From Myxococcales bacterium (GTDB lineage Bacteria > Myxococcota_A > Polyangia > Polyangiales > Houyiibacteriaceae), in NCBI GenBank assembly GCA_012744445.1, contig JAAYBZ010000169.1:24946-88945 (forward strand): DNA of 64,000 nucleotides, in the 5' to 3' direction. Within the stretch, counting starts at the first letter, position 1. The number at the start of each line of letters is the position of its first letter. The translations under genes were made by a program, and so were the position numbers. A model generated the notes under the pieces. The model saw only the letters and a list, made by a program, of their open reading frames with translations. It was not told the DNA's origin and did not search any database. Shown piece after piece: positions 17,501 to 25,118 of this stretch.

Positions 17501-18387
17501 TGCGCCGGGAGATGATGCGGATGTCCACGCGTAATCGAGTTGGAAGTTTGCTCATGAGCCTCTGCATCGCAGGGCTCGTGTCCACCGGCGCCTCTACCGC
17601 CTCGGCGCAGCAGGTCCAGGTCACCGGCCCCCTCGCCGGCGCGCCCGCCGTGCACCACATGCGCATCTACCGCGAGCACCGGTTGATGCTCGTGCCGCAC
17701 GTGGGCATCACGCTGCGCGATCCGTGGCAGCGCTCGCTCATGGTCGGCGGCCAGCTCCACTTCCACTTCACCGACTGGCTCGGAATCGGCCTCTGGGGCA
17801 GCTACGGCGGGGTCAACTTCCACACCGACCTCACCGATCAGGTCATCGACGCGGGCATGACCTCGGGTCCCAACCGCCTCTCGCTGCCCTCGCGCGCCGG
17901 CTTCGGCAACCAGCTCGCCCAGACCACCTGGGCGGCCGGTCCGCAGCTCAACTTCGTCCCGCTCCGCGGCAAGCTCGCGCTCTTCCAGAAGCTCTTCGTC
18001 GACACGGACTTCTACCTGCAGGCCGGCGTCGTCTTCCTCGGCATCCAGGAGCGCGCGAACTTCAACCCGGGCTCCGACTGCGGCGGCACGCCCGACGAGA
18101 TCAGCGCCTGCTACCTCGACAGCCAGTCGGCGCGCTCCAACCGGGTGACCGTCCGACCCTCGTTCGGCACGGGCCTCAACATGTACTTCAACAGCTTCCT
18201 CGGGATGCAGATCGAGTGGCGCGGCTGGCCCGTGGCCATCAACGAGTCCGGCACCGACGAGGGCGGCCCCAACGGGAAGTTCCCCGACGGCAGCATCGAC
18301 AAGCACGATCGCATCGGCCGCCTGCATCACATGGTGAGCCTCGGCTTCATCCTCTTCCTTCCCACGGCGCAGAAGGTCACCGACTGA
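17497..18387 (+). CDS. outer-membrane beta-barrel domain protein, paralog 2
   Basis: Signal (SLLMSLCIAGLVSTGASTASA). Homologous core is NFVPLRGKLALFQKLFVDTDFYLQAG. Overlaps paralog 1 by 4 nt (GTGATG), and the start could be any of several nearby Met codons. Confidence 0.7.
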   Translation: MMRREMMRMSTRNRVGSLLMSLCIAGLVSTGASTASAQQVQVTGPLAGAPAVHHMRIYREHRLMLVPHVGITLRDPWQRSLMVGGQLHFHFTDWLGIGLWGSYGGVNFHTDLTDQVIDAGMTSGPNRLSLPSRAGFGNQLAQTTWAAGPQLNFVPLRGKLALFQKLFVDTDFYLQAGVVFLGIQERANFNPGSDCGGTPDEISACYLDSQSARSNRVTVRPSFGTGLNMYFNSFLGMQIEWRGWPVAINESGTDEGGPNGKFPDGSIDKHDRIGRLHHMVSLGFILFLPTAQKVTD

Positions 18388-18407
18388 TCACGCCCCGCCC
18401 CTGAGAG

Positions 18408-18441
18408 CCCCGGGCCCGCAAAATGCGGCGTCCGGGGTTTT
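18408..18441 (+). terminator. rho-independent terminator after the OMP pair
   Basis: CCCCGGGCCCGCA-AAA-TGCGGCGTCCGGGG forms a 13-bp stem with one bulge, followed by TTTT (18438-18441). It begins 21 nt after the stop at 18385-18387. Confidence 0.6.
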
Positions 18442-18457
18442 CAATTGGAGCGCGGAG

Positions 18458-20326
18458 TTGAAAGATGAACACGTGCCCGACGGGTTCATCGCCCTCCTCC
18501 ATTCGCTCGTGCTCGGGTGCCTCCTCGTCGCGCTCGTCTTCTCGGCGTTCGCGGCCAAGGCCGAGCGACGTCCGGGGCCGATCTACGCCTTCTGCCTGCT
18601 CGCGAGCTTCACGGCGGCGACGATCCCCTTCGCGCTCGTCTACAACGACGCCCAGGAGCTGACGACGTTCCACTTCGCGTATTCCGCGCACTCCTTCCTC
18701 TCGCGCGGCGCGTTCATCGCCTGGATCTTCTACCTCCACGCCCTGACCGACTACTCGCTCCGTTGGTCACCGCGCGTGATGTACGCGTTCGAGGCGCTGC
18801 GGACGGTCGTCTTCGCCGCGCATCCCGACGCCCCCTATCTCCAGCGGCTCGTGGGCCTCCTGCGGATGCCGGGTCCGTTCGACGATGCGGTCACCCTCCC
18901 CCTCACCGAGCCGATCCCTTGGCACGTCCTCCAGATCATCGGCTCGGTGATGCACCTCGGCTACGCCGCGATCACGCTCTTCGTGCTCGTTCGTATCGGG
19001 AGGAGGCGGCTCGCGGCGCTCCTCGGCCTCCCCTTCCTCCTCGTCCTGAGCCTCATCCTCGTCGACAACATCCGCGACTCGCTCGCGCTCGAGACGATCT
19101 ACCTCAGCGAGCTCGCCTTCCCCCTGGTCGTCCTCGCCCTCGCGGCCTCGCTCGCGGAGTGGGTCCTCGCCGGTCAGCGCGCGCGGGAGAAGATCGTCGA
19201 GAGAGAGGCCCAGCTCGGCCGCGTCCTCGACTCGATCGTCGACGGCGTCGTCCTCTGCGATCGCGACTGGCGCGTCATCCGCGTGAACCCGATCGCGCGC
19301 GAGCTCGCGGCCTCCCCCATCGTGGGCGAGCCGCTCCTCCTCGACGTCTTCCGGCTCGCCGACGCGCGCACCGGCGAGGCGCCCCACCTCGAAGGGCTCC
19401 TCGAAGCGCCCCGGGACCTCGTCGACCGCGGGCGGGGTGAGAACCGTCTCCTCCGCGTGAGCGCCGGCAAGGTCTCCGGGGTCTTCGGTCGGCACGTCGG
19501 CTACGTCGTGGTGATCCACGATCTCACCGAACGGGCCCAGCGCGAGCGGCAGAGCCGGATCGACGAGAAGATGCGCGCCATCGGCGAGCTCGCGGGCGGC
19601 ATCGCGCACGACTACAACAACTACCTCGCCGCCATCGGGGCGTCCGCGCGCCTCCTCGAGCGACGCGGCGACGATCCACGCGCGCGGGAGCTCGTGCTCA
19701 AGCGCATCGAGGAGGCCGTCGATCAGGCCTCCTCGCTCACACGACGGCTCCTCCACTTCAGCCGCGACGAGCCCCAGGAGCTCGCGAGCGAGCGCGAGGT
19801 CGTGTCGCTCAACCAGGTCGTCGAAGGCGCGACCGAGATCTTCCGCTCCATGCTCGGCCGAGGCATCGAGGTCACGCTCCACCTCAAGGCGCGGCGAGAC
19901 CGAATCCTCGGCGACGTCGGTGAGCTCCAGTCGGTCCTGCTCAACATCGGCAAGAACGCCGCCTACGCCATCGGGGAGAGCGGCTCCATCCGGATCTCCA
20001 CCGAGGAGGTCCAGACCCGAGACGGAAGGCCCGCCGTCTCCATCGCCATCTCCGACACCGGCGCCGGCATCCCGCCCGAGGATCTCGACCGCATCTTCGA
20101 GCCCTTCTTCTCCACCAAGCCCGATAGCGAGGGCTCGGGCCTCGGCCTCTCGTCCGTACACCGCATCGTCAAGGCGCACGGAGGGACCATCGAGGTGCAG
20201 AGCCGGGTCGGAAGCGGCACGACGTTCACCCTCGTCTTCCCACTCGTGGAAGACCCGCGGTTCGACCCTCCCACGCCCACCGATCCGGGGCGGAGCAGCG
20301 ACGATTCGCCCTTGCGCCCCGCATGA
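18458..20326 (+). CDS. multi-TM sensor histidine kinase (PAS, HisKA, HATPase_c)
   Basis: About 6-7 N-terminal TM helices. PAS-like region (LGRVLDSIVDGVVLCDRDWRVIRVNP). H-box GELAGGIAHDYNNYLAAI. N and G boxes (LLNIGKNAAYA, DTGAGIPPEDLDRIFEPFFSTK, GSGLGLSSVHRIVKAHGG). The TTG start at 18458 is uncertain (GTG 18473 is possible). Confidence 0.85.
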   Translation: MKDEHVPDGFIALLHSLVLGCLLVALVFSAFAAKAERRPGPIYAFCLLASFTAATIPFALVYNDAQELTTFHFAYSAHSFLSRGAFIAWIFYLHALTDYSLRWSPRVMYAFEALRTVVFAAHPDAPYLQRLVGLLRMPGPFDDAVTLPLTEPIPWHVLQIIGSVMHLGYAAITLFVLVRIGRRRLAALLGLPFLLVLSLILVDNIRDSLALETIYLSELAFPLVVLALAASLAEWVLAGQRAREKIVEREAQLGRVLDSIVDGVVLCDRDWRVIRVNPIARELAASPIVGEPLLLDVFRLADARTGEAPHLEGLLEAPRDLVDRGRGENRLLRVSAGKVSGVFGRHVGYVVVIHDLTERAQRERQSRIDEKMRAIGELAGGIAHDYNNYLAAIGASARLLERRGDDPRARELVLKRIEEAVDQASSLTRRLLHFSRDEPQELASEREVVSLNQVVEGATEIFRSMLGRGIEVTLHLKARRDRILGDVGELQSVLLNIGKNAAYAIGESGSIRISTEEVQTRDGRPAVSIAISDTGAGIPPEDLDRIFEPFFSTKPDSEGSGLGLSSVHRIVKAHGGTIEVQSRVGSGTTFTLVFPLVEDPRFDPPTPTDPGRSSDDSPLRPA

Positions 20327-20435
20327 TCCTGCGTTCTCGGGTCACGGAATCGCGCCCGGCCCCCCTCAAGCTTTCCTTGTGTTTTGGGGCCGTTCGTGTT
20401 TCATTCCTCCGACCTCTGACGCAAGTGAGCAATCG

Positions 20436-20678
20436 GTGGAACGCGCGACCCTACTAGAGAAATTCCGAGCCGCAGCGAGCGAAATCGCCGAAAAGGACTT
20501 CGCCTCGTTGCAAGAAGACAGCGTCATCGTCGATCTCGGCCTCGACTCCCTCGTGGTGCTCGAAGTCGTGGGAGCTCTCGAGCAGGAGTTCGACGTCCGG
20601 ATCCCCGACGACAAGCTCGTCGGCATCCAGACCGTCGCGCAGCTCCTCGACATCATCGAGGAGCAGCTCCCCGGCTGA
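20436..20678 (+). CDS. stand-alone acyl carrier protein
   Basis: The last 80 codons of ORF 19920..20678 give VERATLLEKFRAAASEIAEKDFASLQEDSVIVDLGLDSLVVLEVVGALEQEFDVRIPDDKL, with a DLGLDS phosphopantetheine-attachment motif and a four-helix ACP pattern. GTG 20436 is the only plausible in-frame start after the kinase stop. Confidence 0.75.
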   Translation: MERATLLEKFRAAASEIAEKDFASLQEDSVIVDLGLDSLVVLEVVGALEQEFDVRIPDDKLVGIQTVAQLLDIIEEQLPG

Positions 20679-20706
20679 GGTCCTCCGCGACGTCGCCTCG
20701 AACGAC

Positions 20707-20744
20707 GACGCCCCTGCGGCTCCGCCGAGCCTCGCAGGGGCGTC
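20707..20744. terminator. bidirectional hairpin between the convergent ACP and methyltransferase genes
   Basis: Perfect 12-bp stem GACGCCCCTGCG (20707-20718) / CGCAGGGGCGTC (20733-20744) with a 14-nt loop, followed by TTGCGTT. Confidence 0.55.
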
Positions 20745-20762
20745 TTGCGTTGGGGCCTCCGC

Positions 20763-21611
20763 TCAGATGCGGCGGAGCTTCATCTGCACGTCGCTCGACC
20801 AGTGGTTGGTGAAGGCGCGCACGCAGGTCGAGAGGTAGCGGTCGTAGTCGTCGAAGACCTGGTCGCCCCAGCGCTCGCGGATCTCCCCCTCGTGCAGGCG
20901 GAGACGACGGAGCCACTCGGCGGTGGTCTTGAGGTAACTCTCGCGCTGGGTGCGGAGGTCGACGATCTCCCAGTAGGGATTCACCGCCGCGACCAGCTCC
21001 TCGAGCCGCGGGTTGAGGCCGCCGGGGAAGATCACGTCGGCCGTGAAGGCGAGGTCTTCGAGATCCTTGCGGGTGCGGGGGACGCGGTTGCGGAGGATCG
21101 CCTGGAAGCCGAAGTAGGCGCCCGGGCGCACCCAGGTGGCGAGCTTCGCGAAATACGCGCGGTAGATCTCGATGGCCATGCCCTTACGGCTCTGCTCGGG
21201 CGAGCAGAGGTGATCGATCATCTCGATCGACTGGAGCGCGTCGTACTTCTCCTCGGGCTCGTACTTGGCGTAGTCGCAGACGATGGCCTTGATGCCGGGA
21301 AGGCCTCGGCTCTCCGTCCATTCTTGCTGCGCGCGGCTGAGCGTGATGCCGTGCGCGCGCTTCACGCCTTGTTTGTGGAGGAAATGGAGGTTCGAGCCCC
21401 AACCGCAGCCGACGTCGAGGACGAGCTTGTCCGTGTCCATGTCGGCATAGTCGAAGAGGATCTTGCACTTGTTGATCTGCGCCTCTTCGAGCGTCTCGTC
21501 GCCGGTGAGATAGCTCGCCGAGGTGTAGTGCATGTCCTCGTCGAGCCAGAGTTTGAAGAACTCGTTCGAGACGTCGTAGGAGACTTCGATCTGCGCTTGG
21601 GTGGATGTCAT
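20763..21611 (-). CDS. cyclopropane-fatty-acyl-phospholipid synthase family SAM-dependent methyltransferase
   Basis: From ATG 21611: YDVSNEFFKLWLDEDMHYTSA, LVLDVGCGWGSNLHFL (SAM motif I), IEMIDHL, FGFQAI. This is the CMAS/mycolic acid cyclopropane synthase family. Confidence 0.85.
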   Translation of the reverse strand: MTSTQAQIEVSYDVSNEFFKLWLDEDMHYTSASYLTGDETLEEAQINKCKILFDYADMDTDKLVLDVGCGWGSNLHFLHKQGVKRAHGITLSRAQQEWTESRGLPGIKAIVCDYAKYEPEEKYDALQSIEMIDHLCSPEQSRKGMAIEIYRAYFAKLATWVRPGAYFGFQAILRNRVPRTRKDLEDLAFTADVIFPGGLNPRLEELVAAVNPYWEIVDLRTQRESYLKTTAEWLRRLRLHEGEIRERWGDQVFDDYDRYLSTCVRAFTNHWSSDVQMKLRRI

Positions 21612-21690
21612 TACGGCGCGATACTGCCACCGTCCGCGCGCGCGTTGAAGCCGAAATCGCGGCCCCCCCACATCGGCGAGAGGAAGCGCC

Positions 21691-22407
21691 TCAATGGGGG
21701 GTGCGGATCGTCCCGTCCCGGTCGATGGAGTAGCCCACCGGGAGCCCGCCGCTCGGGGCCTCGCCCGCCAGCTTCACGCCGGCCTTGGCCAAGGCGTCGA
21801 GGATCCGTGCGCGGACCCGCATGCTCTCCTCCCGGCGCAGGCCGTCGGAGAGGACCTGGGCGCGCTCCTCGATGCCGCCCTGGGCGATGAGGGCGCCGTA
21901 GGCGTGGAAGCGGCAGGCCTCGTTCACGTCCTCGGTGAAACGGAGCACCGCCTCGGCGATGCGCGGGTCCACCCGGTTCTCGAGCTCCCCGAGGATCTCG
22001 CGCTTCTTCTGCGGATCCCGCTCGTACTCGACGTCCATGCCCTCGAGGAGCGAGAGGAGCTCCGTGGTGACGCGCTCCTCGGGGAGGAGCTTGGTGAGGA
22101 TGCGGAGCGGCCACGCGATGCTCTCGGACTTCTTGAGCATCTCGAGCACCGGCTCGACGGCGTTCTCACCCGCCGCGACCACGCCCTCGAGCACCTTCTC
22201 CTTCTCCTCTTGGTCGGAGATGCTCGGCTCGATCCGGAAGGTGAAGCGCACGAGCAAGGCCTCGACGGCTTCCCGCGTCTTCATCTGACCGAGCGCGAGA
22301 ATCGACTCCCAACGCTCGGGCGATTGAGAGCGCTTGTTCGCGACTCGCGCCGCGTGCTTCTTGATCGCCTTGGATTCCCGATCCCCGAAAATATCGAAAA
22401 GACCCAT
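21691..22407 (-). CDS. HEAT-repeat protein
   Basis: 238 aa, all-helical, with repeated A/V-x-x-A-L-x-x-L patterns (REAVEALLVRF, AVEPVLEMLKK, RIAEAVLRF, RARILDALAKAG). No signal peptide. Confidence 0.55.
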   Translation of the reverse strand: MGLFDIFGDRESKAIKKHAARVANKRSQSPERWESILALGQMKTREAVEALLVRFTFRIEPSISDQEEKEKVLEGVVAAGENAVEPVLEMLKKSESIAWPLRILTKLLPEERVTTELLSLLEGMDVEYERDPQKKREILGELENRVDPRIAEAVLRFTEDVNEACRFHAYGALIAQGGIEERAQVLSDGLRREESMRVRARILDALAKAGVKLAGEAPSGGLPVGYSIDRDGTIRTPH

Positions 22408-22473
22408 CGTCTCTCCCGCCCCACGCGGGGCTCGTCGACCTAGCGCTGCACCTTCTTACGCCCTCGCGCAAGC

Positions 22474-23946
22474 CTAAGCGTCGAGATCGCGGACGAGGGC
22501 GGGCCGGAGGATGATCCGCCCTTCGCTCGACTCCACCACGAAGCGGACCGGGCAGCCATGCCGCTCGGCCAGCGATCGCGCGCTCGCGCGGAGGCGCTCT
22601 CGGAACTTCTCCTCCGTGATCTGCCCCATGTCCTCTCCGACGGCGCGCTTCGCGGAGGCGTACTCCGCATAGACCCGCGCGAGGTAGTCGTCCTCGGGCT
22701 CCGCGGCGAGATGCCGCGAGAGATCGGGGTCGTCGATCGGATCGGTGGGCGAAGACGCCGTGCGCGACGCCTCCGTCGGCGCGCGCGAGAGGTCTTCGTC
22801 GAGCCGCTTCCACGTCCCTTGGTCCGGGGCCTTGGCCGGCTCGCCCTCGCCCACGAAGACGGAGACGAGCTGGTTGATGCGATAGGCCAGCCCTCCGAGA
22901 TCGGGATCGTCCACGACGATGCGCTGCTCGACGTCACCGTTGATGATGCCGAGCAGCCCCTCCTCCATCTTGGCCACCGGGAGGAGCACGCGGTTCGCCA
23001 TGATCCAGCCGAAGATCGCCGCGACCACCGCGAGCGCGGCCGTGAGCGGCCAGATCAACCCGGCCACGCCGAGGAGGGACTCGGCGCGCGCGCGATCGAC
23101 GAGGAGCAGCGCCGTGACCGCGCGCGTCTCCGAGCCCGGGAGGTGGGTCGCGGTGACGAGGTGAGGCGTCCCGCCGAGGGTGAGCTCGAAGCGCGACCGC
23201 CCGCCGCGATGGGCGAGCGAGAGGCGCTGCGCGATGGGCTCGGACGCGAGCGCCTTCTCCAGATCCGTTGCGGCCGCCTTCGAGAGCGAGGTGGCGACGA
23301 GGCGGCCATCCTCGACGACGGCGACCCCTCGGTCGAGCCACTCGGCGTGCTTGGCGAGGGCGCCGTCGGTGATGCCGTAGCCCACGACGAGCGCGCCGAG
23401 GATCTTGCCGCGCTCGTCGCGGATGGGCGCCATGGCGAGCTGCTGCGTGGTCATCGCCTGCGCTTCGTCGGCCCAGACATCCGTCTCGACGCGCCCCTCC
23501 GAGAGCACCTCGCGGAGCTTCGGGAGCGCCTTCGAGAGCTTCTGCCCATGCATGCGGTTGGGATCGGCGTCGCGAGCGACGACCGTGCCCGTCTCGTCGG
23601 TGATCACGACGACGTCGGGGCGACCGAGCTTGCCGCTTCGCGACGGATCCCGGAACCAGTCGCCGATGCCGTTCGCCGCGGCGTGCGCCCGCGCGCGTCG
23701 CTCGGCCGCGTCGCGCACCGCGAAGAGCTGGATCACCCCGCGCGTGCCCGCCCGGTCGCGGACCTGCTCGGCGAACTCGAGGAGCTCGAGGCGGTACGAG
23801 CGGTCGAAGAGCTCGAGCTCGGCGTCCGCGCGCGCCTCGAGCGCGTCGTCGATGCGACCTCGGAGGGCCGAGCGGACGAGCCCGAAGGCGAGGAGCCCGA
23901 AGACGACGATCAACCCCACACTGCCAAGGACGAAATTCCGACGCAT
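22474..23946 (-). CDS. membrane sensor protein (extracytoplasmic sensor region, HAMP, basic C-terminal domain)
   Basis: TM1 (NFVLGSVGLIVVFGLLAFGLV), a ~270-aa periplasmic Cache-like region, TM2 plus HAMP (ANRVLLPVAKMEEGLLGIINGDVEQRIVV..LGGLAYRINQLVSVF). The C-terminal ~75 aa (YLARVYAEYASAKRAVGEDMGQITEEKFRERLRASARSLAERHGCPVRFVVE) resemble what I recall as the MXAN_5187 C-terminal domain (unverified). Confidence 0.6.
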   Translation of the reverse strand: MRRNFVLGSVGLIVVFGLLAFGLVRSALRGRIDDALEARADAELELFDRSYRLELLEFAEQVRDRAGTRGVIQLFAVRDAAERRARAHAAANGIGDWFRDPSRSGKLGRPDVVVITDETGTVVARDADPNRMHGQKLSKALPKLREVLSEGRVETDVWADEAQAMTTQQLAMAPIRDERGKILGALVVGYGITDGALAKHAEWLDRGVAVVEDGRLVATSLSKAAATDLEKALASEPIAQRLSLAHRGGRSRFELTLGGTPHLVTATHLPGSETRAVTALLLVDRARAESLLGVAGLIWPLTAALAVVAAIFGWIMANRVLLPVAKMEEGLLGIINGDVEQRIVVDDPDLGGLAYRINQLVSVFVGEGEPAKAPDQGTWKRLDEDLSRAPTEASRTASSPTDPIDDPDLSRHLAAEPEDDYLARVYAEYASAKRAVGEDMGQITEEKFRERLRASARSLAERHGCPVRFVVESSEGRIILRPALVRDLDA

Positions 23947-24032
23947 CGCGCTCGCGAGCCTCCGCCCGCGGACTATCAGAGCGCGCGGAGGAGGGTCAAG
24001 GGAGCGCGACCCACGGCAGAACTCCCCGCCCC

Positions 24033-25037
24033 GTGGTAGACCCTCCGCCGATGAACCCCTTCCGAGGCATCGAGGGCCAGCCCGGCGCGCACGGGCTCCT
24101 CACGCGCGCGCTCCGCGAGCGCCGCCTCGCCTCCGCCTATCTCTTCGAGGGACCGAGCGGCGTGGGCAAGGAGCGCACCGCGCTCGCCCTCGCGACGCAC
24201 GTCGTGGCCGGCGGCGACGAGGCCCTCCGACGGCGCGTCGCCGAAGGGAACCACCCCGACGTGCGCATCTTCCGACCGCGCGACGAGGGCTCGCGCAACC
24301 TCCCCGTCGAGGTGATCCGCGAAGAAGTCCTCCCCGTGGTGCAATTCGCCCCCTTCGAGGCCCAGGCGACATTCCTCGTCTTCCCAGAGGCCGACGTCTC
24401 CTTCCCCGAGAACCACCCCGAGGCGGCCAACGCCTTCCTCAAGACGCTCGAAGAGCCGCCGAAGCACGTCCACTTCATCCTGCTCGCCGAGCGGCCCGAC
24501 CGGCTCCTCGTCACCACGCGGAGCCGCTGCCAGCGCGTGCGCTTCGCCCCGCTCGCGCCTTCGATCCTCGATCGCATCCTCGCGGAGGCGGGCATCGAGC
24601 CGGCCGCGCGCGGCCCCGCCATCGCCCTCGCCGGCGGGCGCGCCGACCGCGCGCTCGAGCTCGCCCGAGGCTCGCGCGTCGTCGATCTCCTCGACCTCGC
24701 GCTCGAGGTGGACGCCGCCGCGCAGTCCAAGAAGCCCGGCGATCGCCTCGATCGCGCCGAGACGATCCGGAGCGCCGACGACCTCCGCCTCGCGCTCGAG
24801 GGCATCGCGCTCTACTACCGCGACCTCGTCGTCCTCGCGTCCGGCATGGACGCCTCCGCGCTCTCCTTCGCGAGCGCCGCCGACAAGCTCGAGGCGCGGG
24901 CGCGCGCCACCACGGCCGCCGCCGCGGCCGCGCGCGAGGGGAAGGTCCGCGGGGCGATCGAGGCGCTCGAACGCGGCGCCAACGCCCAGATCGTCCTCGA
25001 GGCGCTGCTCATGGATCTCGCCCGCGTCCCACGCTGA
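24033..25037 (+). CDS. holB: DNA polymerase III delta-prime subunit
   Basis: GQPGAHGLLTRALRERRLASAYLFEGPSGVGKERTALALA (AAA+ P-loop-like), EEPPKHVHFILL, TTRSRCQRVRF (SRC motif). A more likely start is ATG 24051 (MNPFRGIEGQ). Confidence 0.85.
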   Translation: MVDPPPMNPFRGIEGQPGAHGLLTRALRERRLASAYLFEGPSGVGKERTALALATHVVAGGDEALRRRVAEGNHPDVRIFRPRDEGSRNLPVEVIREEVLPVVQFAPFEAQATFLVFPEADVSFPENHPEAANAFLKTLEEPPKHVHFILLAERPDRLLVTTRSRCQRVRFAPLAPSILDRILAEAGIEPAARGPAIALAGGRADRALELARGSRVVDLLDLALEVDAAAQSKKPGDRLDRAETIRSADDLRLALEGIALYYRDLVVLASGMDASALSFASAADKLEARARATTAAAAAAREGKVRGAIEALERGANAQIVLEALLMDLARVPR

Positions 25038-25118
25038 CGCAGGCCCATCAACCCCTCGGCCGGGCCGTCACCCCCGACTCGACCGACCCCTGGATGCCTC
25101 TTAGAGTGAAGGTCGCGC

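Noticed and set aside
23947-24032. Divergent intergenic regions 23947-24032, 13483-13531, 10952-11004 and 7118-7178 were scanned for riboswitch-like or small-ORF content.
   Set aside because: They are too short (49-86 nt) and show no conserved-looking structure or recognisable motif beyond what ordinary promoters require.
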